Below are positions 12,770 through 25,400 of a stretch of 64,000 bases of DNA, piece after piece; within the stretch, counting starts at the first letter, position 1, and each line of letters begins with the position of its first letter. The translations under genes and the position numbers were made by a program. The notes under the pieces are model-generated. The model was not told the DNA's origin. It was given only the letters and a program-made list of their open reading frames with translations, and did not search any database. Source of the DNA: Geosiphon pyriformis uo1 (lineage: Eukaryota; Fungi; Glomeromycota); contig JAAOMT010000760.1 of the NCBI GenBank assembly GCA_016748015.1, positions 568,310 to 632,309 on the forward strand, read 5' to 3'.

Positions 12770-14370
12770 AGAAGTTTGAAGATACATGTGAATTTAAATG
12801 TGAACAAAAAACAATAATAAAGCAATAGTTGAATTGTGCCAGATAAGAAAAGATAAAAGTTTTAAATATGTTATATATATTGAAAATATTAACTTATGTT
12901 ATTTTTGTTATTATAGAATTGTATATAACATAGTAGTAAAAAATTATGTTTTGAACAAGAAAAATAAAGGATTATAAACATCTTGATCTTAAATATTTTC
13001 AGAATTTACAAAAAAAATACATTACAATAATGCAATCTTATATAAAAATAAAATCATAAAAGATACTATTCAAGTCTAAAAAGCTTGAACAAACTGTTTA
13101 ATATTGTTTTTGGTTTTACTTATGAAAACAATTATGGCAAACAATTACAATTTAAAAAGAAAACTGCAAAAATAATTTGCTATTTTTTAAACATAAACTT
13201 TATTTGCGGAAGCAATTGTTTAATAATCAATTTAATCTTAAACTAAAAACTAAAGAAATGGCAAAATAAATAGCAAAATAACCATTAGTTTAGTTAATAA
13301 CCACAAAAATTCAAAGAGTAACTTAATTCTTAATGTTAAAACTCTAAACAAAAAAAAATCACAGACAAAAAAAATGAAAAAAATAACAAATTAATCAAAA
13401 GTCTGGTTATTAACAACTATTACAATTATTATAGTTTTAAAAACAAAAGCAAAAAAATTCAAAACCATTATTTTAAGAACAAAAAAATTATTCGCAATAA
13501 AAAAATGTTAATACACATTCTCCACTTTATCTTAAATATCAAAAAATAATAATAACTAGTTTAATAAAAAAGAAGACACATTGTGACAACAAACTAGTAT
13601 ATAACTGGTTGCTTCAGTAGTGGATATTTATACAAGTTTATAAAAAAAAAGGCTATCTCCCAATAATAATAATAAGAATCAAATGAAAATTTGCTTTCTA
13701 GATCTAAGTGTTTGTATCTTTCAAATCTGTAAGTTAATAACAGAAGTAAGATGTCAAAAACAAAATGTTAAAAATAAAACATTATGGTTAATTTATAATC
13801 TGTTTTTCTATTAATTAACAGGTATTTTCTAACACATAACTGTGGTGAAATTAGTGGCAATGATGTTCAAAAGCTTGTTCACATCTGACTTGCACCCAAT
13901 TATCTAATCTCTTTTATAACCCAGGCTTCTGTGAAAAAGCATAACTTGATGCAATGTACATAGGCACGAATGTGCCAATGAATTTACAACCCTGTAAATG
14001 AAGTCCATAAGAAGACTACTCTATGGCTTGTGCAAACATTTGACATTATCATCATCCCACTCTTTAATGCAAGCGAGATAAGAAGAAAGACCCAAAAACG
14101 GAAAATTAATTTCAAGACAGTTCAAAAGATAATGACATGAACACACTCAAGATTCAGGAAGAGGCTTTTATCAAAGGCCAAGAAATATGGAAAACAAGTG
14201 TGCACAGTCTCAAAAATGTACAAGCAAGACATGCAGTCAATGTGGGTGCATCAATAACAAACTTGGAGGGAAGAAGTCTTTTCATTGCCATAAGTGCAAC
14301 TTGAAATATTAACAGTGCATGCAGTATTTTTCTTCGAGCTCTATTGAATGGCTGCATAAAATTTGAATAG
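12770..14370 (+). pseudogene. tnpB: Fanzor2 (eukaryotic TnpB, RNA-guided RuvC nuclease) pseudogene with introns
   Basis: N-terminal SLKIHV..EQKTIIKQ*LNCAR|IVYN (intron 12843-12916). HCDNKLVYNWLLQ*WIF, then NQMKICFLDLSVCIFQI (RuvC-I, cf. ENQ..ICSLDPGVRTFQT; Asp codon 13701). Intron 13729-13821. IYNPVNEVHKKTTLWLVQTFDIIIIPLFNASEIRRKTQKRKINFKTVQKIMT*THSRFRKRLLSKAKKYGKQVCTVSKMY. Zinc finger SKTCSQCGCINNKLGGKKSFHCHKCNL. INSACSIFLRALLNG..* (stop 14368-14370). Multiple stops and frameshifts. Confidence 0.9.
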
Positions 14371-14414
14371 TGGCTGAGTGAGACTCTGAATTCTGTTGTC
14401 TGTGAATGGTAGCA

Positions 14415-14725
14415 TTTTTTTTTAAAAAAAAAGGAGACGAGATTTATTATAAAAAAAATATACAGCTGGAGCTGATAATAATGATAACAATGATGACGAT
14501 AGCGAGAACTTAAAACATACAGCTGGATGAGTGCCTGAAGGATTTCCTTCGGGCTTTGCTGGATGGATCTGTCCTTTGGGGCAGTTGAATGATAGGTTAT
14601 GTTGGCTAGTAATAGTCAATGTTGTCCATCCGAGGTATTCAGTTAGGCCTAAAACAAGTAGTTTAGCATCTTTAATTATTTTTTGGCAAACATTACTTGA
14701 AATTTGCAAACAGAGGAAATAATTC
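14415..14725 (-). mobile_element. Possible 5'-truncated LINE/retroposed 3' fragment
   Basis: Minus strand reads NYFLCLQISSNVCQKIIKDAK (resembles the end of a LINE ORF2 Zn-knuckle region). It then shows a hairpin at 14534-14553, AATAAA and a short poly(A) at 14415-14423. No TSD found. Confidence 0.3.
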
Positions 14726-15097
14726 GCCTCGCGGTGCTTTTTTTATTACAATTAAGAAAATTATCTTTACTAATATTCCTTGTAATTCCATTATATCTTG
14801 GTTCTCAGAACAGAGTAAGTCTACCAGCGATATGATTACTAATTCTTGACATGAGCGCAATCGCTAGTCAAGATGTCGTTTCATAAAATGTTACCCAAAA
14901 ATGGCTTAGTTTACCTTTCTTGATGAATAATAATGATCTATTCGATGAGATCCATCGATCACTCCCATTTTTCAACATGATCCGGAATTTCTCAAATTTT
15001 TATGAAAATTAACCCTATCCAAAATTTTTGAAGCATTCTGCCATATCATTCAAAGGTTACGTTTAAGATTTATCTCTCTGCACCTTTTTCAACTATA

Positions 15098-16618
15098 ATG
15101 ACATTACGGCAAAAAAGGCTCTTTCAATCATCCTCGCCGAGACATACTGAGCGATCCTCCTCAAAAAGACTCTTCGATAAGGTCAAGATTTGCTTCATCC
15201 CCTTACTAGTATATTCATTGTACTTTGCCCTTTTTTTTAAGTTTTGGAATGATATTACCGAAGCTTTTCCCAAGTCAAAAATCTATCTTTGGTCACGAGA
15301 TAAGCTGTCTCATAGAAGGCAGAAGGGTCTGCCATCTTTGGGGATAAATGATTCATACATTCAGAATTCTCCGTGTATGCCTAGTGTAGGAAAGATAGGA
15401 CCCAAACAAAATAACTGTTATTTGAAAACGCTCAAACTTCAAACTATATTCATGAAGAAGCGATCCGATAATATCTTGCTTACAATGGATCAAATTGAGG
15501 GACTAGAATTACCCGACTTGCCGATACATCGTGTTTACAATAATTGGACGTTAAAACTTCTAGAGAGAATGGCAAGATTCGCTAATTTAGCGTATTGCTC
15601 GACAAACAACAATGTTGGTTATATGATTTCCGGTGCTATAGGTAAAATCAATCGATATACAGCCTTGAAAATATGCATCAACCTCGCAATCGTCTCATTC
15701 TTTTTCTGAAGCCCATATTTTCAAGGATTTCGAGTCAAACGAAATTGTTGCATATTTTGGAGGACCTCATCTTTCACTAAAAGAGTGGCAGGAGAGAAAA
15801 AATGAAAGGACTGATTATTTAGCGAAATATAAGTGGCCTTTAAAAGTTTCTTTAGAGGCAGCTTGGTTGGCTGATATTGAGCAAATAATGCCGGCTCTTT
15901 TTGATAAATTAAGAGATCTTTTGAATCAATTAAAGGTTCAACCAGAAGATATGCCACATTTAAGATTTACAGGACACGGGATTGGGGGTGGTAAGCTGTT
16001 CGTTTGATGGTGATTAGATGTATAGTGGTATTTAAAATTAATTGCTAATTAGTTCAATTTGGCAGTATACGCAGTGCTTGCAAGCCTCCTGTTACGATTT
16101 GAAATTCCCCAGTTAATACCTTCCAAGTCAGGTTGGCCATTCGTCTATTTGAGAACTGTCACATTTGGGCAACCACGTATAGGCGATACCAATTTTGCTC
16201 TGTTAGTGAATTCACTTTTAGGAGAAAGTGTTTATCGTGTCACTCACACCAAAGATTTTGTTTCGCATTATCCCCGAATTGAACAAGGATATAAACACCA
16301 TGAAAGCGAATATTGGATTTCTTATTCAACGTGCGATTGTGCACCCGCAAAATCCAATACACAGTTTGTTAATGATGATACGGATAATTTTATGCCTCCT
16401 CTTTACCATTGCTTTGGTTATAATAATAAAGACAATCCAAGACATGTTTTGACCGGTGAAAACCAGGTAAATTTCTAAAGTTTTCATGTAATTTGATTGC
16501 ACAAAATTCATATAATTCCTACTTATCGATTTCGCAGAAATGCAATGCTGGTCAAAATGATTTTTATGAATCAGCTCACTTTGGACCTTATTTTGGTACT
16601 CAAATGGGCCAATGTTAA
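15098..16618 (+). CDS. Class-3 lipase-fold protein lacking the nucleophile Ser (4 exons: 15098-15641, 15712-15990, 16066-16466, 16538-16618)
   Basis: FANLAYC, IVAYFGG, FTGHGIGG, VTFGQPRIGD, YRVTHTKDFV, HHESEYWI and AHFGPYFG. All introns are GT..AG and the spliced ORF is intact. N-terminal hydrophobic anchor. Confidence 0.9.
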
Positions 16619-18481
16619 AGATGTTCTTTCAATTGTTCTTTAAAACTTCTAAAGGTCATTACGTACTGATAATAAGAATTCTGCGACACATCACTAATAA
16701 ATTACATTGGTGCTACAATAAGTTGAAGGGTTTACAGTTACTAATGCACGTGATAATTAGTGCGACAATTAAAATGAACCAAATTCAACAAATACAAATT
16801 TAAAAATTATAAATTAATTCAATTTTTTTTACAATCTTTCTGTCCAATATATATAAATAAAGCATCTAAATAATATTACTATGATTTTATCATGGTTGCA
16901 ACACTTATCTGATAATATTTTTTCAATTAATATTTTTAAAAAAATAAAACTTATTAACTGAAAATTTGGTTATATTATTATCTTTATTATAAACAATATG
17001 TTGTTTAAAAATTGATAAGTTTGCATTATTTATTTGGTTAAGTTATAATATTATAACTAAGCTCTAATTATATATAAATATAATATTAAATATAATATTA
17101 TTAAATTTTTAATTATATTTTTTATAAATATTTTGCCACACCCATTTTGATAAATGTATTATTTGCAAATATTTTTGTACGCATATTTTGTTAAAAATAT
17201 TGTTATATTATGAATATTTGGTTATACATTTCATATTTTAATAATTTTATATTTATGTTCATTTTATATTTAATTAACAAAAAATGAAATTAGTTTTTGA
17301 TTCAATTTAATTAATTAATTTGAAATTGATTAACCAAAGAATTTTATTAAAATTACTTCATAATTTTAGAGTTGATTAGCTACCAATTTTTATTAAAATT
17401 AATAAATAATTAAAAAAAATTCGAGTCCAAAAAAGTTGCAATTACTTTATCCTTAATTTATTAAAAACCCTTTTTAACTGATTCTTCAACTTGCAATAAT
17501 TTGATATATATAAAAGTCTTTTTCCACAAAAATTTTGAATGCTTAAAATATTTTGTTCAGGCAAGAAATATAATTTTTATTTTGCAATTTTTGCAAATCT
17601 TTCAAACTGAGAAAATTTTGGATGTAATTTAAGTTTTTTAAGGTGAGATTTTACGCCACGCAGACAAAGTGTGTGTAATTCATGATTAAACTTTGTAAAA
17701 CGAGGTTTATGTGAGTAGCAGATTCTCAAGGAAGATAATTTCGAATTAAATAATAAAGCTATATAAAATTATGATATAAAAACTTTGAGACCAAAATCTT
17801 TTGTGGTAGTATAAACTTTTCTAAAGAACAGGGTAAATAAAAATGATTTTAAAAGCTTCACAAATAAATATTATAGTTTGAGAAAATCAATAGATCCTGT
17901 TATTAATTATCGAAAATTTAACCTTTCCCATCTTTCTATGCACGAGTAAATAAAGCTTTACGGCGCCCAGACCTACCTTGAAATAATCGGAAATGATAAT
18001 TGGATGAATGGAAATGAAAATCACCTGCAAGGGGTTAGCGTGTTTAACAAAGGAGAAAATGAAAAATTTCCTAATCAATAAATTTTCTATTTTTAATTCT
18101 AAAATTTTTATAATAGCTCAAATGTATTTATTCCTTGAACAGGATTTTAGGTTTTCCAATTAATTTAATATATTGTTCACCCAATTGAGATTGATATGAC
18201 CGAACAAACTCGTCAAGGGAGACTCGCGCATACATAAGAAATCGTCATTTTTAAATTAATAATATCATTATTCACACGCATTTCACAATTAAAAAAGTCG
18301 GGAAATTAAAAAGATTCACCGAATATTAAAGCATCTTTATGCAATTAATTAAAAAAAAAACAGAAACTCAATTGTTGACCAAAGTATTTAATTTTTAGGA
18401 ATCTTTTAAAACCCTACTCACTCTGCCATTCAAAGCTCTCCTTTTATTTTTTTACCTCTATAACTTTTAAATTTTTTATTA

Positions 18482-19896
18482 ATGGACAACTCGAACTCGC
18501 ATTCAAGTCATTTAGAAAGTAATCCATCAACTTCGATGATTGATGCCTTAGAGATAGCGCGTGAGGAAAATTGTTTTGATACATTTGTTTTTGTGGATGG
18601 GCGTCGTTATATCGTTGCTGATAATTCGATTAAGACATACTTGGTTTGTATTGAGAGTTGGGAGATTTATATTAGAGATATCAAAATTAATTCAAAACAT
18701 TGTTATCACACAAAGCCTAACGATAACATTGAAGCGGCTCGAGCAAATCATTATCATTATTTGCATAAATTTATTTGGCGAGGGCTTTATAGTTCACCAG
18801 TCAAGAAGAGATTGATGTTGGATAATGCAAAGACGTTGGATATTGGGTATTTATATGCTTTTTGAATAATAACTATTTAAACATTCTATATGAAATATTA
18901 AAGAGGCTTTCTAAATTTAAAGATGTGGGATTGGTATGTGGACGCTAGTAAGTACCAGAAATTGTTTAACAACTGTTAATGGTCTTTTATTTTCAAAAGC
19001 TCTGTTTAAAAGTTAATCATTAGCTTAGTTTATAATGATCCTATAAATTTGGCAAAAAATAGGATATGGCAATAGAATACCCACTTTCAACATTCATAGG
19101 CATTGATGTTGCTCCAATATTTCCTAAAGACGGCATGAAACCCCCGAATGCCGGTTATATCGAGACAAACCTAGTAAATGGCATCGCATTTCCAGATGCG
19201 ACATTCGATTTCGTTCATCAACGATACTTGCTCACTGAAATACCAAAAAAACAATATAGTTAAATTGTGTTAAAAGAAGTGGCGCGCGTGACAAAACCTG
19301 GTGGATGGGTTGAGGTTGAAGAAATGAATTGTATTAATAACCATGGACCAGTTGGTATTGAGATAGCTGAGATAAGTGCGTGTAATCAAAATTCACACTG
19401 GTTTAAGGTTTTCTGATTATGGGTCATCTGATTTTAAATTTTTTTTTCTGTGAAAAAGTGCGCTCATATCTTGAGTCATTAGGAATAACTGTTAATTCAG
19501 ACCCAGCTTTCCCAGAATGGTTGAAGAATGCAGGTCTTGTGAATATACAATCATCACATATAAAAATGCCACTGGGTATTTGGGGAGGAACAATTGGTAA
19601 AATGGTAAGCTCCCCCCTAAACATTAATCAGAGGATTTTATTTTATAAAAATCTTTCGCTACTTTATTTCATTTTCAATTTTGCAATCTAATTCTATGAT
19701 ATTTCTTAAGATGATCGACAACTTCGTTGTAGTCTTTAAGGGATTAAAAGTTATCCTGATGCCAAGATTGGGTATAAGTGAATCCGAATTTGATGAGAAA
19801 ATAGAAATTTATCAAAAAGAAGTTAATGAATACCGAACTGAGGTTTCCGTATTTCGTTATTGAGCTCAGAAACCTGAGCCTAAATTCTTACATTAA
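18482..19896 (+). pseudogene. SAM-dependent methyltransferase (LaeA-like/class I) with two in-frame stops
   Basis: Spliced YL|PND (intron 18644-18715), LDIG|CGIGMWTL|DMAIEYP, FPDATFDFVHQR and RVTKPGGWVEVEE. Premature TAA at 19261-19263 upstream of KPGGW. TGA at 19861-19863 before AQKP. Confidence 0.8.
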
Positions 19897-21151
19897 AAAA
19901 ATGGTATTAATTTTTGGAAATTCTGATTCTTTCAAACTGTATGGAAAGCAATAGATGGTTTCGTGGGAGATTAAAATCACATTTCAAACTATAACTCATA
20001 TTCCATAAGTCAACATGAAGGGTCAAAGTTGTTTAGAGTTTATAACACAAAAGTTGCCATATTGAAAATGATGTATTTGATATTTGATGACACCATAATG
20101 AGCAATCATTTTTTATATAAGGGTGTTAAGAAGTATTTTTCCGACATTTGGCTCACATGACCACAAACATGTATCTCCCTATTTTTGATTTAGAATAACC
20201 AACCTATTGCTAGTGAGGAAAACTTTTTCATACATTTTATTAATAATATAAATTAACATTTTCCCCTAATTATGAGTCAGTTTAATCGCATTTACGAGCG
20301 GTTAAATATGTTAGAAAAAAACTCGACTCGGCTTTTTTCTAGAAAAAATTCTCTTATGATAAATATGTAAAAAGAATTTTACCGATTTGTCACAAATTAC
20401 GCCTGGATTTTTACAATGTAATTAATCAGCTGAATTTATTCCCGAATTCGATTTCTAATATGTTATGTCGGATATTCAACTTCCTTATAAACCTTTTTAT
20501 AAAATTTGCCTTTAGTTTACTTTTCAGTAATATGTTTTTCAATTTTACCAATAAGAGTTGATCTCATAAATTTACAGGGAAGATTGTTATTTCACAAAAT
20601 AGAATTATTACATGTATAATTAATATCTATTTCCTGATTTAAAAATACCTTTCATTCGAAGAGAAATCAAATCAATATAAGTCTAATACTGATATATATA
20701 AACACATTTTGAGACAGAATCATGACTTTTAGTTGGATTATTGAGTTAATCAAAAAGAAGAAGCAAACATTTTTATGTATCTAAGCAATTTTATTGTCTC
20801 CTAACCACTTGATGGGTCATTATTGGAATCTGTAGGTTTAACTTTTTTTATGGTCAAAAACTTTGTTTGAAAATTGCCTTAGTTTGGCTTTTTGAGCTAA
20901 AGGTGCTAAAAAACATTTACTAGCTCTTCAGATTTAAAGTCATCAAATTTTTAGATGGCGAATCACCAAAGACTTTTAATTTGATATGGCTAAATTCATT
21001 TTGAGAAATTAAGATAACTATTTTCCTAGAAACTCTCTTTTATAATCATATAGCGAGTATAAGAAAATTATTTATTGGTCGCATTTAAGCCAAAAGTTAA
21101 TTTTTATTAATGCTTCTTAAAAATGCTTTTAGAACAAAACAATTTATTTTC

Positions 21152-22405
21152 TTATTTTAGATTATGAGCTTTCCAAGCAGCCCACCAAGTATCAATTCCA
21201 TCGACGAATCCAAGATGACGCTGGTTCCATCCCAACAAGGTTTGTGCTTTTTTGTTACTTGTTATCGTTTGAGTTGCAAGCCCTTCTTCCATAGGATTAT
21301 TAGGGTTAGGTGAAGTAAAGGATATCACATTTTGGGGGTTTTCTGATCGAGTAATTTAGTGTTCATTACATTTTTTTGAATCACTGTTAGGATGGAAAAG
21401 CGAACGATTAAGTAATTTTATTTACCTTTATATCCAGTAACCCTGGCCACAGCCTCAAGACAATCACTAACTGATTCAGATTGGTTATTGGTAATATTAA
21501 ATATATGACCTTTAACCAAATCTGCATTTTTAACAACTCGAAGATAGGCGTCAGCTTCAAAAAACCACATTAATATTAACACTATGATTTTTGGATAATC
21601 GAGAAAAACATATCCATTTATTTTATTACCTATATCATCAACGTGGACAAGACTCCACCTGAGATTCGGAACACCAGGATGTGAAAGTATTCCAGCCAAT
21701 GCACCACCAAACCAAAGTCCAGTTAAGGAACCAGATTTCCCATAAATCTCTCCCGGACGAATCACAATTCCATTGAAATCGGAAGATGAAATGACCTTTT
21801 GTTCAATGGGAACTCTCCATGATATAAAAGGTGGTACATTGTTTAGTGGAGTATTTTCCGTCACAATTTCTGAACCATTGTCTCCATGAATCTGTATTTT
21901 AGGGAAGCGAAGATGAAAATAAGCTTTTATGAAAAAAGAGTTTTTGTGATAAAAGAATTAATTTCAAATATGAAATATTGAATTATTACCCAAAGACCGG
22001 AAGTATAAATATAAGTCAACTTTTTTTGATTATTGACTGCACGTCTTTTTGAAATGGTTTCAATTGTAGCGATAATATGTTCGGCATGTACAGTTCCGTT
22101 TTCATAGTTCACTGTAGTGTCAATTACTACGTCAACCTTTTCAGCGATTGTGGACCATTTATTAACGTCTTTTACATCTCCAAGCACGGGAATGACTGTA
22201 AAAACAGGGTTGACGATAAATTTATTGAAAAAATAGACCAAAATATTAATATATCTAATTCGGTTTTACTCTCGTCTTTTGTCAATATCTTGGCTTTTTC
22301 CTCGCTTCGCGATAATCCATAAACTTGATATCCAGCTCGAGCCAATTCTACTGCAATTTCCTTTCCAAGATATCCCGTAGAACCTAGAATTAATACTTTT
22401 ACCAT
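21152..22405 (-). CDS. NAD(P)-dependent epimerase/dehydratase (extended SDR), 5 exons
   Basis: MVKVLILGSTGYLG Rossmann motif, YIYTSGLW|IHG, VIRPGEIYG, VHVDDIADAY and KAQTLLGW. Exons 22405-22270, 22195-21990, 21891-21630, 21554-21426, ~21342-21152. Confidence 0.92.
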
Positions 22406-25400
22406 TTTTTAAAAGTATAATGGAATAGTTCACTATCGAGGAAATGTATTTAAATAAAATCAATTTTCTACGGTGGATTTCTGAAAATGAATATTGGTTA
22501 TTAATCTTTATATTTTTCAAGTCCCGATCTCTATTAAACTCTTGGATATATGATCTTTTCAGTTTTTTAAAGTTTGCTGAATAATATAATATTATTTGTA
22601 ATCAATAATAAAAAGTTAGTGTTTTAAATTTAGTAGTAAAAGAAAAAGACGATTTTAATTAAAAATTGCATCATCGGAAGTGGTAGAACATGGTGGCTCT
22701 TCGTTAAGCCGAAGATAGATAAACTGTCCGTAAAACCCGAAAATTTAACCGTTACTTTGATTATGATTGCAAGAAATTTATTAATAATTAAAAAATGAAC
22801 AAACGAGAAAATCAACATGAAATTTTTTTGTATCCTTGAATCTAGGATATATTATTTTGTAAAACTTGGTTTGTGAGATCAAGCTCAATTGGAATATTTG
22901 GTTAAGCATGACTTTTGGGATCATTTGCATCTTTTCAAAAACGTGCTGTAATGTTACAAAAAAAATTATTTGCTATATTTGAATGCTTATATTATTCGTA
23001 TTCACCAATATACATGGTTTTATACATGGCTGGCTTAAATCATTATCCAAGGCTCACTAAAAATAGAGTAACTACTTTACTTCGTTTATTAAAAATTGAA
23101 AAGGGAATTTAGAAATTTAGCCCAGTGACCCATTATTTATAGATGAATCACAAACGCGTAGACTTTCACAAATTTATTTTGGAAAAAGCAGCAAACAATG
23201 ATTGTATTTACTTAGCATATGCACATATAGTCACTGCATATTAAAATTCAAAAAATATGTAACGATAAATTTAATTGCAATCAAAAATAAAAGATTTCTA
23301 AAAAAGAACGATCCAAAAAAATGGTTAAAGTAGGAAATTTAACAAAAAATTATTAAAAATAAAATAAGTTGAGTTATAAGATATTTTCAACATTCAAATC
23401 ATAAATATTTAGCAACAATATGACAATAAATTTTTTAACACAACTAGTATTAAACATTTATTAAACATTTGGGCAATAGAAAAAAAAGTTGTTAATAATA
23501 TTGATTAACACAATATTATTAAAATTGAATAAAAATCAATTCTTTGTATAAGTTATATGTTTTAAACATTAAGTAAACTGTGCCACCTTATTTTTTGTAA
23601 AAATAAGAGGTTTTGATTGTGTTATACATTTCTCAAGCCAATTGAATATAATATATGACAAATAGTTAATATTAAAACTTTCTGGCCTGTTTATTTCTCA
23701 ACGATTTTTTATTTGCTGAAAAATAATTGTAAATTTTAACTTATTTTGATTGTACCAAACTGTTTAAAATTATGATTATTATTTGTCTTTATTCAAGGTG
23801 GCCAGCTGGTACATAATTTGATTTGATAAAACCAGTTTTGATGTGTTATTTTAAAGCATCACATTTAACAATTTTGCAGCATAAATAGAAAATAAATATT
23901 CTACTACATTGTGCACCAGTAAGTTTCATTGCAAAAAATAATAATATTTTTAAACGAGATTATTATAATTAAATTATTATTCTATTTTTTATTTAAATTA
24001 TAGTTAAAAGAATCTTAATACATATTTCACTAATAGCTATATATACATTCTTTTCATTTTAATAAAATGGCTCATAATATTGCTTTTTAAACCATATTTA
24101 AGGTTGCGGAAAAACAATAGTAAAAAAACTAAATCTTTACTTCCAAGTGTAAATAACCTTAATATTATTCTGAAGAAAAGATTGTAAGCTAAAAATTAAG
24201 GCATTATTCAAGACTAAAAAAAAAATCAAAAAAAACTTATATACAAAAAACACATATATTTAAAGTTTGGTGTCAATTTCAAATTAGATGCTACTTTTGA
24301 GATGACTGTACATTTATCTAATTAACATCTTTTATTATTAAATTTATTTTATTTTTTGAAATTCGATAAGCTTTTAGATGTTGCTTGATACAATTGAAAT
24401 TTTTAAAAACTCAATTACACACTAGTTTTACATTTAAAAATTAATATCATAATACTTAAAAATAAGAATAAAAATATTTATGTTAAACTATTTTATTTTG
24501 TCAAAATATCAATATAAATTTGATTTCAGCAATAAAAATTGAAATCCCACAAAAAGTTTCGTTATTTTTCTTTACAAAAAAACTAAATTTTAATTTCGAC
24601 GAAAATAATAATTCAAGTTTATTTTATATTTTAATCTTAATTAAAATAAAAAATTATAAATTATGCTTGAAATAACAAACATTAAATAACTGGATAATAA
24701 AAAATAATAAACATTAAACTGAAAAAGCAAATTAAACACAATTTTTTCAAAATATTTTAAGCAATTAAATTAAATAATTTGAAAAATTTGCAACAAAAAC
24801 TTCAGTTTTTTGTTTGTGTAAATTAAAAAATTATATTATTCCTTTATTCCAAATTTTTTTTTCTACAATCAGAAATAATAGTTTTACTAAGATTTTAGAA
24901 TTTATTTCGTCTTCTATTGCCTTTTTTTATGCCTATTTCTATCTGCCAATTTGAATTGCTTTTTCATTGCTAGAAGCAATAGCGATAAGATTTTTATTCG
25001 TTACAATATATTTTACACTCATTGTAGTGTAAATTAAGAAATATATTTTTAAGTTGCTGACATTTAAAAAAACTAATTTAATTTTTTTAACAACACTGTA
25101 CTTTCAGTATAAGAATATATTCAAAGTCGACATATTTAAATAGTATATTAAAAATAAAAAATGCAAAATTAACATAAATATTTTCTAATATTTTATTATA
25201 AATTTTGAGATAAAAATTTTAATTAAGAATATCCAATTCTATTATTTGTAATTATCGTAAAAATGACTTGAATCAATCAAAAATAATTTAAATGTAATTT
25301 ACTTCAAAAAATATAAAAAATAAAATATTTTAAACCAAAATTAAATAGAAATCAGTGCTTTCAGTTTAAATTTATTTCAGTTTATAATTTATTTTAAGTA

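Larger units (their letters stand above)
12250..14414 (+). mobile_element. Decayed IS607-like eukaryotic element (serine recombinase tnpA + Fanzor2/tnpB); boundaries approximate
   Basis: Remnants of tnpA and tnpB in the IS607 order, on the same strand (see the two sub-features). No TIRs seen, consistent with IS607. Confidence 0.8.

Noticed and set aside
14154-14357. 67-aa minus-strand ORF
   Set aside because: Antisense shadow of the Fanzor2 C-terminus.
19261-19863. Stop-codon readthrough or A-to-I editing rescuing the methyltransferase
   Set aside because: The TAA is not at an obvious Trp position and all other genes use the standard code; simple pseudogenisation is more parsimonious.
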